The notes under the pieces are model-generated. The model had not been told where the DNA came from, did no database searches, and worked only from the letters and a program-made list of their open reading frames with translations. A stretch of 63,630 bases of DNA, counting the filler, from Choristocarpus tenellus KU-1152 (taxonomy: Eukaryota; Protista; Phaeophyceae): assembly GCA_964200185.2 (NCBI GenBank). It is 9 parts of 9 records of this genome, joined end to end, with 100 filler letters (N's around TTAATTAATTAA, not from the genome) between each part and the next. Parts side by side here need not be neighbours in the genome. Positions count along the whole stretch, not along the records: positions 21,938 to 26,566 come from CAXNAD020013724.1; positions 26,667 to 41,829 come from CAXNAD020001040.1; 7 more parts are not named here. The stretch is one strand, 5' to 3'. Positions within the stretch are counted from its first letter, which is position 1, and every line of letters begins with the position of its first letter. Shown in pieces: positions 25,701-36,460 of this stretch. Both the position numbers and the translations under genes were made by a program.

Positions 25701-25879
25701 CACATCTTCTTAAATGAGCTCCACACAGGTATGGGTATGATGGCATCGACATTAAGCCCTGCAATGACCCACAACCCATGGGCTGGTGGAGTCCCATCTA
25801 CTTCATCGTGTTCACGGTAGTGGCCGCCCTCGTCCTCTTGACCCTATTCATTGGAGTTGTCACGACATCCATGGACCAA
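22704..25879 (+). CDS. Voltage-gated cation channel, internal fragment from S2 to S6 (exons 22704-22852, 23220-23348, 25104-25235, 25729-25879)
   Basis: In-frame exons give S3 WNSFDFVIV, S4 MLRLLRLLRVLKLLK, S5 GIILFLVFYVFAILG, pore [37 protein letters not shown] and S6 YFIVFTVVAALVLLTLFIGVV. Confidence 0.93.
23406..23934. mobile_element. MITE subfamily D, host of a nested subfamily A copy (in a channel-gene intron)
   Basis: Ends gacccattgtatcttagaggggg ... ccctctaggataatatgggtc with inner gtccatttg/caaatggac motifs. Confidence 0.75.
23515..23771 (+). mobile_element. MITE subfamily A with 4-bp TSD TCCT
   Basis: tcct[gagctaaagtatctttgaggg...cactaagatactttcactc]tcct. Confidence 0.93.
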
Positions 25880-26414
25880 GTGAGGGTAGTGGACAAAATG
25901 TTTGGAAAATGTTTGACATATACAAGGGTTGATTCCTTCGACTTTCCTTGCATTAGTAGCTGATTTCATCTTGAAGTGAGCCCCCCATGGGGTTTGCCAA
26001 ATGAACGTTATCTGGATGGATATCTATGGAGACATGGAGCCCAAGTCAAATGTTCTGAGATACCAAGAGTTACTATGACATGGTGATGAATGTCATTCAA
26101 AAAAGGTAGCAGTGAATGCAGCCACACCTTGGGAATAGAGATATTCAATATGCAAGCATGACTCCAGAGCGTGATTTTCCAACACTCCAGAGTAAACTTA
26201 CAATTCCGAGTATGCTTGGAGCTGAGGTTCCTTCTATGGATGAATACTTCAACATTTTATGTTCCTTTTCTCAAGAGAGTTTTTGCAGCTACCATAAGTA
26301 TGCAGGGTTTAAACAAACACCCTGTTTTTTGATGCAATTCACAATCCATTTTTTCAAGGACGCTTATGCACAGTTGGAAAAGCATTGGTGACAACCATGG
26401 ACAAAGTTACAGTT

Positions 26415-26566
26415 GGCTCAAAGTATCTGGGAGGGGATAGCGGCTGCCCATTTGAGGTCAATTTATTCATGTCGCGGTTTTGGGGTGATTTGGTTGCATA
26501 CGTCGGGTGGATACTGTAAATGCACTTTTCCTGATTTTGGCCCAAATGGACACCCTGGTGTATACC
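26415..26566 (-). mobile_element. MITE subfamily B fragment cut by contig end
   Basis: ggctcaaagtatctgggagggg...catgtcgcgg...ggttgcatacgtcgg...cccaaatggacaccctggtgtatacc matches 21161-21339 in reverse. Confidence 0.85.
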
Positions 26567-26666
26567 NNNNNNNNNNNNNNNNNNNNNNNNNNNNNNNNNN
26601 NNNNNNNNNNTTAATTAATTAANNNNNNNNNNNNNNNNNNNNNNNNNNNNNNNNNNNNNNNNNNNN
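26567..26666. other. Artificial contig linker
   Basis: N44-TTAATTAATTAA-N44. Confidence 0.98.
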
Positions 26667-26668
26667 GT

Positions 26669-28585
26669 GTCAAAGCATGTGCTGGTGTTGCTAATCGTCA
26701 AGATACTCTGCAGGAAGGGCCTACGGCTCGTGACGATGTAAACTGCAGGTTTCAGGATCTGTGTAGTGCCAGTCCCCTGCCAAGAGTATTTGTCGACAAG
26801 ATGGAGCCTAGGCATGATACGGTTGACCGGCCACCCTCGGTGCCCCCCATTAGGAGCTTAACTACTGCTAATGTCTCCATTAGTGAGCCAAGTGTATTTA
26901 AGAATTTCACGCCTTCAACTACTAACAAACTCGATGAAGGCGATGGGTGTAAGCTGGATGGAGTCAATATGGAAGCACGATCAATGATGGGGTCGCGACG
27001 AAGGAAACTTGGAAAAAGACAAGGTGTTGATAATAAGGGGATGTGCCAGGCAAGGTCCGACAATTCAATCGCTGATGCTCACCGTGATCCTAGTCAGACT
27101 AGTGTGGGTGGGAATGGTACGGAGGAGGATTCAAAGTGTAGGAATGGGCAATCACAGAAGCACAAATCCAAGCTCCCTGCAGAAGTGAGTGAATTGCAGG
27201 AGTCCTCGGAGAGTGGCGTGAATTCTCTCGCCCACAAGTCTGAGAGATGTTTGAAACGAAGTCGAGAAGACGATGAAGGGTCAGGGCAGGCTGGCATCAA
27301 AGGTGTAAACAGAATGTGTCTTGATCCAGGACATGTGACTGTGGGCAGGAGGGCTGCAAAACATAAGCTTACAGTTCAGTCAGCACAGATTCTGCCTACT
27401 GTGAAGCCAGCTTCAGTAAGCTATTTAAGGGGAGAAGCTGGTATGGGACCACAGAAGCGACGTAGTTCTCGTTTAAGGGAGTGCAGCTCAAGTTCTCAAC
27501 CCTCTGAGCGCCAGGCCACTAAACGATCAGGCCGGAAACGGAACAGGTCTCCCAAGATCCGAACTGCTGCTGAGGTTGTCCCCAAAGTTAACAGTGCACC
27601 AACTGCTACACCTGGCACAGGGCAGGTTAAACCCAAAGTCTTGGTGAAGACTACCCGAAGTGGGCGCAAGTCAGCCCCAGTGCTGGACTGGTGGAGGAGT
27701 CAGCGTCTCAGTCATACCCCAGATGGCAATGTGGTGGTCTCTGTTGGTTCTTCTCAGGATGAGTTATTCCATGAAGATTCCATGGCAACATCCTTCGCCC
27801 TCTGTACCACAGATCCCTTGACCAGGGAATGTGATGCCATTCCTTGTAGAACATCAATGATCAACAACTCCCGTTGGACACAAGCACAACTTTCTATGCT
27901 TAAAATGGCTCAAGTTGGTATTAACCCGGGTGATGCTGATTTCTGGGAGCATGTTGCTCGCCAAGTTGGCGGTAAGGATGCATATGCATGTCAGGAGAAA
28001 TGGTTTGAAAGTCTCAGTACACCCAAGCAACAAAAAAAGAAAGGCCAACCAAAGCGCCCAGCCAATGACCCTTCTTCATCATCTTCAAAACAATCAGTGG
28101 GGGTGTCACAGGGGTCACCCCCCCAGAAGACATTGAAAGGTGACTCTAGTCTAGATGACCTGTTTAATGCAACCCCTTCACAAAAACGAGATCGGGCAAT
28201 TCTTAAGTCCTCAGCAAGGGTCAAGTCCACGGGGGCAAGGGCAGTGGCAAAACCTCACCAGGCATCGAAGGCAAAGAGGGGAGGTGGAAGGGAGGGTGAT
28301 GTGAGCAAGAGCTATGTTGAACATGTGACAAAGAAGTTCCAGAAGGCAAGAAGGGAACATTCTCTTGTATTGAATGCGTGTGCGCCAAGTAATGATAGTC
28401 CAGGTGGTGCTCCTGCTGTCCTACGCAAGATGTCAGCAGTTGCAAAGTCTGGAGACTACAAGATAAATGCATCTGTCTCCAGTAATGGCATAGTCAAGGT
28501 TACAGCCAGTGGGGAAATAGATTGCGGCTCATCTCCATGTGTCAACTACAGATATTTAAACAGTGGCGACGAAGAATCTGATTGA
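26669..28585 (+). CDS. KNL2: KNL2/Mis18-binding protein 1-like centromere licensing factor, 5' partial
   Basis: Frame is open from the contig edge. Disordered basic protein with a CENP-C-like motif TTRSGRKSAPVLDWWRSQRL (~27650-27709) followed by a Myb/SANT domain RWTQAQLSML...FWEHVARQVGGKDAYACQEKW (~27872-28006). The SANTA domain is not in the window. Confidence 0.75.
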   Translation, partial: VKACAGVANRQDTLQEGPTARDDVNCRFQDLCSASPLPRVFVDKMEPRHDTVDRPPSVPPIRSLTTANVSISEPSVFKNFTPSTTNKLDEGDGCKLDGVNMEARSMMGSRRRKLGKRQGVDNKGMCQARSDNSIADAHRDPSQTSVGGNGTEEDSKCRNGQSQKHKSKLPAEVSELQESSESGVNSLAHKSERCLKRSREDDEGSGQAGIKGVNRMCLDPGHVTVGRRAAKHKLTVQSAQILPTVKPASVSYLRGEAGMGPQKRRSSRLRECSSSSQPSERQATKRSGRKRNRSPKIRTAAEVVPKVNSAPTATPGTGQVKPKVLVKTTRSGRKSAPVLDWWRSQRLSHTPDGNVVVSVGSSQDELFHEDSMATSFALCTTDPLTRECDAIPCRTSMINNSRWTQAQLSMLKMAQVGINPGDADFWEHVARQVGGKDAYACQEKWFESLSTPKQQKKKGQPKRPANDPSSSSSKQSVGVSQGSPPQKTLKGDSSLDDLFNATPSQKRDRAILKSSARVKSTGARAVAKPHQASKAKRGGGREGDVSKSYVEHVTKKFQKARREHSLVLNACAPSNDSPGGAPAVLRKMSAVAKSGDYKINASVSSNGIVKVTASGEIDCGSSPCVNYRYLNSGDEESD

Positions 28586-28664
28586 TTACAAAGTGTTGTT
28601 CTCTTTTGCTCACTGCTCACTCTTTGGCTCATGCTATCTATCTCCCACCATGCTACTGAAACTC

Positions 28665-31600
28665 TTAGATTGTACGTGCAGTTATGTTCTTGTATGTGCT
28701 CATATTACGCTTGAGAATGTCCTCCATGGGGCCCATAACCCGCTTGAAGGTCTTTCGATCCAATGATAACACCTCCAGATGCCCAATAGCCTTCACAGTT
28801 GCCTGCCGAGGTTTATTGTACATCAGCGCAACCTGGAAATATAAAAAATTGTCAGCAAGTGGAGAAGATGGCATAATGTACCAAGATGATGGTGAGCAGA
28901 GGAAATAGTGTGGGTGTGAGGTATGGGACTCATTGTGCACAGGATGGATGCACTAGTGGTCACCTCGCCAAAATAAGCCCCATCATCCAAGCGGGCGACC
29001 TCTGCGTGGACTCCTGTTGCATCACACTGTATGCAAGCTGCTTCTCCCTGTGTATTGAAATCCAAATGGGTCATTTATAGTGATCAGGGTGCAGGCTAGG
29101 TGATTCAGGACAAACCACCATTCTTTTGACCTATTCGCTGATATAAATCAAGTGATGTACATATTTTTCATCTATCTGATGAACTGAAATGGAAGAAGAG
29201 GCCTTTCACCTTCTTTATGATGTAGAACGCATCTCCAACTTCCCCATCCTCGCACACAACATCCCCGTCTTCATAGGTTTCCACTGTTAGTGCATCTGCT
29301 ATAGTGAGGACTTCATACTCTGTGAGTTGTTCCAAAATTGGAACCTTGTCCAAAAATGTTTTATACTGTTTCCGCCTTGCTTTTGTTGTAGCCTGCAGGA
29401 TGACCTGTTATGCAGGTATTGACCAGTGGGGTGCTCTAAGTTCTAGAAGCTAGCCCTAATCTTTCATTCTTGACAATATATTGTTTCTTACCTAATGAGC
29501 GGAAGACCAAATATATATCCAAGTACCTTGGTCTTACACAATTCTAATAAAACCACTAAAGGCAAGATACACATTGCTCTCCAGTGTGCCAAAACCACAA
29601 CCTTCTCCCCTTTTCATATCGAACTGCATATGGCAAGTGATACTTATTGTCATAACCGGGGCCATGACACCCTCTGGAATCAAAGCACAGGGTCCAAGGG
29701 AAGATATGGAAATGTCACAAGAAGGTACCCAGGATGGGGTCAAAGCACCCCATTCTCAATAGTTGCTTATTTGTCTTGGCATTGCACCATCTTTGGAGGT
29801 TGACAAATGCCCTCATCATTTTCTTACTGGAACATGCTATGAAGCAGTCTACCAAGATTCTTGTGGGTAGGAAAAAAATGCTTCATAATAGTGTACTTCA
29901 AGCATATTCGTTTGCATTTCTATGATTTAGGGCTGTCACCCAGCAATAGCGTGGGGAAGGCAACACTCCATTTTTTACTATCCTCCCTGAACGTATGCAC
30001 TTTTCATCACGTAGTAATGTTATTTGCACCCAGTATAGGGTCAGTATGGTGCGAGCATGTTAGTGGCCAATGATTTTCTTCACATGGGTGTTCCATGACC
30101 TTGCTTATGGTAGTAATGTTCCATCTATGTTACGTTTATCCATACAAGTTATCAAGTCAGCCATTTTGATTGGCCACCAAAAGCAGATAGGCTTCCAACG
30201 GGAGCCCCTGAAGCATCCAAACAGTTCACATGAGAGACTGTTTTTGACCAGAGTTTTCCTTACTGATAATGGGTAAAGGTAGGGCAAGAACTGTTCAAAA
30301 CTGAGGCTCAATCCCTTTAAACTAAGTGACCCAAGTGAGATCTTGAGCTTTTTTTTTTAGATGTTGGCAAATCTTATTATTTTGTTAACGTAACCTTGCT
30401 ACACATGTACAGTTGCAAGCACATTCTCTGAATATTCTTCATGAGCTTCATCAAATGCTCAAGTATGATCCAATTAATTTTGTGGACTTTTTACAGCTTT
30501 TTTTTAGATGTTTTGGATAAACATCAACTTAAGGAAAACTAAAAACAAGAATGTGATGTTTCTTGAAAGATCTGGAATGTTCACTTGAAATTGAAGCTGG
30601 AGAGAATGGTTACCAAATGTTAACTATTTTCCAGCATCTTTGCTAGGGAAATGTTTCACATGCCAACTTTCACAGACCACTATTTCAAAATGCAGATTGT
30701 TAGAACTATTTTCTTGATTGGAATTTTGGTGAATGCCCAATTGTTTTGTCATTGTTTAGATGGTCATTTTGTAGAAGCTAAGTTTTTGCAAACATTTGCA
30801 ACAAACTGTAGGAAATATTATGCTTTGTGTACACAATTGAACAACACAATTGAATCATTGTCTGGAATATTTCGATAGATTTGAAACGTTAGCTTGGAAA
30901 TTTTTGTCCTTTTGGTTGAAGTTGGTGAAATTCCAACCAGCCATTGGCTGTACAGGATGGTGAGAAGATTGATCAACTTCCACTTAGAGTGTACCTGTCC
31001 TTTCACCCTGTTGGTGGCCTAGACATGGACCATTAATCACCAACATTGACAAAGTTACACTTCATGGTTTGTTCACCTTAAAGGAGATGCGATCCAAAGC
31101 CCAGAGTCTTAGAGCAGTTGCTGCCTTACATGTGGCAGTTCTAGGTGTGCTGTACATGAGGGCAAGCTCACCAAATGACTCTCCTGGGCCCATAGACTTC
31201 ATCTGCCATAGAAAGGAACAACACCAAAATTAGACAGCTTGGCAAAAACTGCACCCTAACTGTTCGCTTTCTTCGATATCTCACTGAGGTGAGCCCATAT
31301 TCTCAAGCTTTACCTTGGATTCAGTGTCTCCACTTTTATTCATGTAAACATCGATGGTCCCTTGGTCAATGACATAGAAGTTATCTCCAGTGTCTCCTGC
31401 ATGGAGGGATAATATACATGGCGATATGGATGGGAAACTGCCTTAAATATTGACGCTATCACAAAATTTTGGTAGAATCTACTGGAATAGTATACAATGG
31501 TATCATCTATATATGTAGCCTTTCAAGGCATATTTCTGTGACAGCCTTGTGAATGGGAAAAAACAAAAAGTACACAATGAAAGGAATACCTGCTTGAATG

Positions 31601-34600
31601 ACCACATCACCAGGTAACTTCTCCACCAAGAACATGGCATCCTTGACCTGATTTGTCTGCTGCATATCAAGATGCTTGATGATGCTGTACATGTACAATT
31701 TAGAGAGGATTGGGGTGCTATCATATGACATTCATGACACACACAGTGGAATCACTGTGCCCATGATGTGGGACTTACAGCTCTACTCCTGATGAACATA
31801 TGACACATGGCAGACAGATTAGAATATCATATTCATGGATTATGGATTGCAGTTTTGGTGTGTGTTGGAATTTGTACATTGCTTGAGATGTTTTTGTTTC
31901 ATGATCTACTTACATGTTGTCTCCTAGAATATCCAGAATCCTGGCAGACTCATCTTCATTCTTCGGCACCACCTTCAGTTCAATAGATTTCTGTTCAACC
32001 AGAAAATCCATGTGAATAGAATATGAGATTGGAGGGACACATCCATTTTCTGTTTAGTCCGTAGTCTCCATCTCTTATTCATGGGAAGGAATGTGAGACC
32101 TGGTAGCTTTGTCTGTGGAAGGAGCCATAATATTTCATCTACTAATCCAAGTTAAGGGGTTACATGAGATTTTCTCTGAGTATGGAATAGTTAGGCACAT
32201 TCCCCCACCCTAGATGGAGTGGCAAAAGCTTGGACTATTTTGATGACAGCTGAACCTCACCAGCTCTTCATATCAGGTTGTTTTAGTCCGATGGTTTCAT
32301 ACTGATTGCTTCGTACTAATTGCTTCATACATACTGTTCCAATCTGAATTTTCATACTGCCTGGGAGCACTTTGAAGCAGCAGTTCTAATGGACTACAAA
32401 AGTTCTTGCTTCCTCCGTAGGAGTATTTGAGACAATCTGTAGGACAGGGTACCATCCAAATGATTCCCAAATTGAACCAAATTTGAAGCAAAGGTTGATC
32501 ATCCATCTCACTCCCCCTTTCTTCTTGTGATAGAAGTAGGATGGAAAATTGGGGATGGAGTCATGAGTACTTGCATTTGGTTTGTGTTCTCTCTTCATCT
32601 GCAATAATCTGTTACCTTCTCTGACAGCTAAGATATTGTACACCATTCAAATTGTTGAGATATGTATGTGGATCAGCACTCTGCGGATTTGGTACTGTGA
32701 TAACCCTAACACTATGATATAAAGCAAACAAACACACCGTCTACCTTACACACACGTAGTCAGAAGCCAGATTGACTTAGTCTCTGTTGGTATAGTGTTA
32801 TTGCACAGGAGGGGTTGTAACAAGTCCAAAAAGATGCTTCAAGAGATGTATCTCTTCAGGTAGGTGAATTTGGAGATCACTTCAAACACGCAAACTCTGC
32901 TGTGGGATGAAATGCAGTCATGACATCTGATTGTCCATAGGTCCCAGAACCAATCAGCTTTTCGCGAGGTTGAGACCTCTACAAAAAACATCAAGTCTGG
33001 AGGTACAAAATTTTTCATACTTTTCGTACTCTTTCACCTAGTTCAGTTAATGATCTCATCTCAGCATGTGTGCTGTACTTTTTAATTATGATATGATTCT
33101 AGTCGTGGAATGTGGTGTCGAACACAATTAAAGTATATTATCTATTTTTTGGAATTGGCAGTGTTCCTACTACATTCGGAATGTTCATTATTGTGTTAGC
33201 CAGCAGAGTGCCTTTTGTTTGCAAGGCATTTCTAAATTGTGTTGCAAATCAGAAGCTATGTTGTTGCTGTGTTGGCTGTAGACAGAGTCTGCCCTTTTGC
33301 AGAGTCGCTATCCCATGCCATCTCAACCATGTTAGAGCAGCACAGTTGCATGCATGTGACCTATTTCTGGTTCATGAAGTCAATAGTTTCAAGACCATGC
33401 TATGTACCCAAAATTATGCACTCTCAGACAGCGCAAGGATGTCTTCGGATATGTACAAGGAGACCAGTCAGGTTTTTCATTGGAAGGAATAACTTGGTGG
33501 CAGTGACAACGTAGGAAGTGGTTGATTTTCAAGAGTTCAGCGAAGCAAATCAACAGTGCTATGAATACATATGCCAAGCTTTTTTTGGGGGGGGGGATTG
33601 ACACAAAAAGATACAACTCCACCAGTTGTACGTCCTACCCTATTTATCGAATTAAGAAAGAGGATGCTTTCATTCTGCAACCTCTGGTGCCCCTTCTCTC
33701 TTGGATTTGCTTGAGAATATATACATTACTGTGTTCTGCTCTCACATAGGGATATCCACAGACAACATTTTGAACTCACTGCATTAGGACCAACTTGCTC
33801 CGCAGAGACCGATGTCCGCCTCCCTGCTGGCTTGACAAAAGTAGTGGGTTTAGGCTCAAGATCACCAACATACTCGTCTTCATCTGATTCTGTCTCCTCT
33901 TCCGATTCAACTCTGTGAAGGAGTGGGAAGGGGATATTTTTACGACATTGAGTCAATTTCATTACCTATTGGTCAGTGCACCTAATCAAAAGCTACGCTA
34001 AAACAGAAGACATCCCAAGTATTCTCACTGTACTTCCAGATACAAGATCAGCGCATAAAACCTGAAGCTTCCCTGAAAGGTTATCATCCATCCTTCAATT
34101 TATAAATCGACTCACACTTCAGCATCCTCTTTTGCTGGGATAGTGTCCGACGTGTCCGACTGGCGCCATATACTCCGTACTAGGTGTTCTTTATGACGGG
34201 ACGGGGGTTCTGCTTGTGAGCTTTCTAACAAACCAACCTCATGCACTTCTTCCAGTTTTCAGTGGAAGTTGCATTTCCAATCGACATGTCATTTATACCT
34301 GGAAACAGTGCGAGTTCCGCTCTGCGATCTATGGGGTTCGATTCGCAGCCCGGATGCGGCGGCTCTCGTTTGATCTGGGTATTTTTTCACCAAGTAGTCC
34401 ACAATGAAGCCGATGGGGTTATCTGGTTTCTCAATGAGAAGGCGCTCAACAATCTGGATGAATAAACTGGCGAAGACAGGAGTTGGCGTGGGGGATAGAG
34501 GGGTGGGAAAGATGTCTAAGAGTACAGAAGTGCTTTGCGCACTGCTGTTTAGAACAGCACTGTCACTTGCCTGTTGATGTTTTTCAAGTTAAGGTATTCC

Positions 34601-34641
34601 TTCAGCTCCGCCTGAACATCTGCTGTGCTGGGGTCCGCCAT
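28665..34641 (-). CDS. PKAR: cAMP-dependent protein kinase regulatory subunit (exons 34571-34641, 34299-34466, [34116-34220 candidate], 33780-33912, 31914-31990, 31590-31684, 31314-31396, 31077-31202, 29210-29404, 28964-29047, 28665-28832; 399 or 434 aa)
   Basis: All splice phases are consistent. Dimerisation/docking domain [38 protein letters not shown]; inhibitor site RRTSVSAE; cyclic-nucleotide domain [11 protein letters not shown]...[15 protein letters not shown]; domain [11 protein letters not shown]...[15 protein letters not shown]. Confidence 0.95.
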
Positions 34642-35759
34642 GAGGCAATATGATGGTCATGCCCTTGCTTGAACAAAACAACGGTTTCACGTTTCGAATT
34701 TGTGTAACGTCTTTCTTAGAGGAAAATTGATTGTGTTTAGTACACTCCATGTGCAACATTGTGGTACACACAGCAAATATCACTACTTGGGCTTGTACTG
34801 AAAGTATAACCAAAGAATCTGAGCAACTTTGAGCACAGTTCGAGGCAGATATGTATACGCAATAGATGAATCGGCTTAAGGGAGGTCCTCTTCTGAGGAA
34901 GTGTAACTGCAATTTCCACTGTCTTCATATCAAGACATGCTACACACGTTTGGCAGGTTCGGCCAATATCATATACAGATCATGTTCCATTCATGTCCTG
35001 TGGCCTTTTCTTCTATCGCTACTGATTATTATCAAAGACAACCCAATACACTACAAAATTCATACTTGCCTTCATAGCTGAGGCCTATTGTTCACAATAG
35101 TTGACAATCAATTGGACCATTAGTGCCAATGACCTAATCTCATTACCTTATGAACCGTGGGAATGAAATATAGTGGTGACTCGAGGTTGTAGGGGGCTGC
35201 AACAGTAGTAGATCAATGAATACATTTCCATCCCAATGCAAGGCCTAGGTCACTCATCTTTACTGCGGATGGCTAGTATAATCAAAGCTCGCAAAAATAT
35301 CCCCTCTGCCTTGTGAAGACCAATCTCAGACATGTTTGATCCAGCCTGCATCTAGTTTGAAATATACCTCTTCAACTCCAGTCCAAGGGTTTGACCATGT
35401 GACAAAACGGACTATGGCAAATCTTAACCTATAACATGGCACACCTTCATCTTCCTGTTGTTTGACTCCGAAAACCCTGTACCATCAGAACCACTTTTTA
35501 TTTTGCATGTATTTATACCAAGGGCTGTACCAGGGGACTGTGTTCATGGAAGAATGACTTGCAGCAGGTGAAAAACAAAAATAACTGTCGGTCATTAGGC
35601 AGGGAAGCGGACCTCAACAAACAATACCACTCACTACTTCAAACTATGAAGAAGAGTGACAGCCACAGATTGATGCGGACCAATCACGGATTTGCCTCTG
35701 CTCTTGGGAGCCTACTCCTCTATCCCAAAAGTCTGAATCGTTGTGGTTTTTGGGAAATA

Positions 35760-36460
35760 AAGTTTTCAGATAAGAGATTCAGAAAATGCAAATAATATCG
35801 TTTGAAAGCCAACCTTGCCTTGCAAATAGATACCTTCAAAATATTTTTTCATTTCAAAATGGTTGAGAAACCAGCCCCTAAACAAAAGGTTTTTGGGGGA
35901 AATGGCAGATTTAGCAAAGACAGTAAAATCAGCAAAAAGTGACTGGAAATGAAGGATAATCGGCCATAATGTCTCAACGAGACTTCAAGACAGGGTTAAT
36001 TGCATTGGATTCCTTAGGCGTTTTTTGCATTAAAATAATAATTACTCATCACTCTCATTCTCTCCTGAGGGCTTTCTGGATCACTTGGTCCCCATTGATA
36101 GAGACGTGTACAATGCAGTCACAACTTGGTGGGTTGACAAAGAAAATGAAAGTAACAAGCAATAAATTATTTTATTGCACATAATGCCAAGGAATCCAAT
36201 GCAACTAACTGTGTCTTCATAAAAGGTCTCGTTGAGATGTTATGAGCGATTAACCATCATTTCCAGTCACTTTTTGCTGATTTTGCAGATTTTGCAGATT
36301 TTGCTAAATCTGCCATTTCCCCAAAAAAACTTTTGTGTTCAGGGATGGTTTCTTTATCATTTCGAAATGAAAAAAAAAATTGAAGGTATCTATGTGGAAG
36401 TTGAAGGTGTTGGCTTTCGAACGATACTATTTATTTTCTGAAGCTCACGTTTGAAAACAT
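35760..36460. mobile_element. Foldback element, ~700 bp with ~300-bp inverted arms
   Basis: The left arm (atcgtttgaaagccaac...ggggaaatggcagatttagcaaa...aatcagcaaaaagtgactggaaatga...tctcaacgagac...ttgcattggattcctt) is mirrored at ~36185-36460. Confidence 0.85.

Noticed and set aside
12190-34641. Apparent chromosome-maintenance cluster (STN1 + KNL2) or signalling cluster (PP2C, channel, PKA-R)
   Set aside because: The genes lie on different contigs joined by artificial linkers, so their proximity is an artefact.
35300-35500. Tc1/IS630-like transposase C-terminal relic on the minus strand
   Set aside because: The resemblance is too degraded to support without a search.
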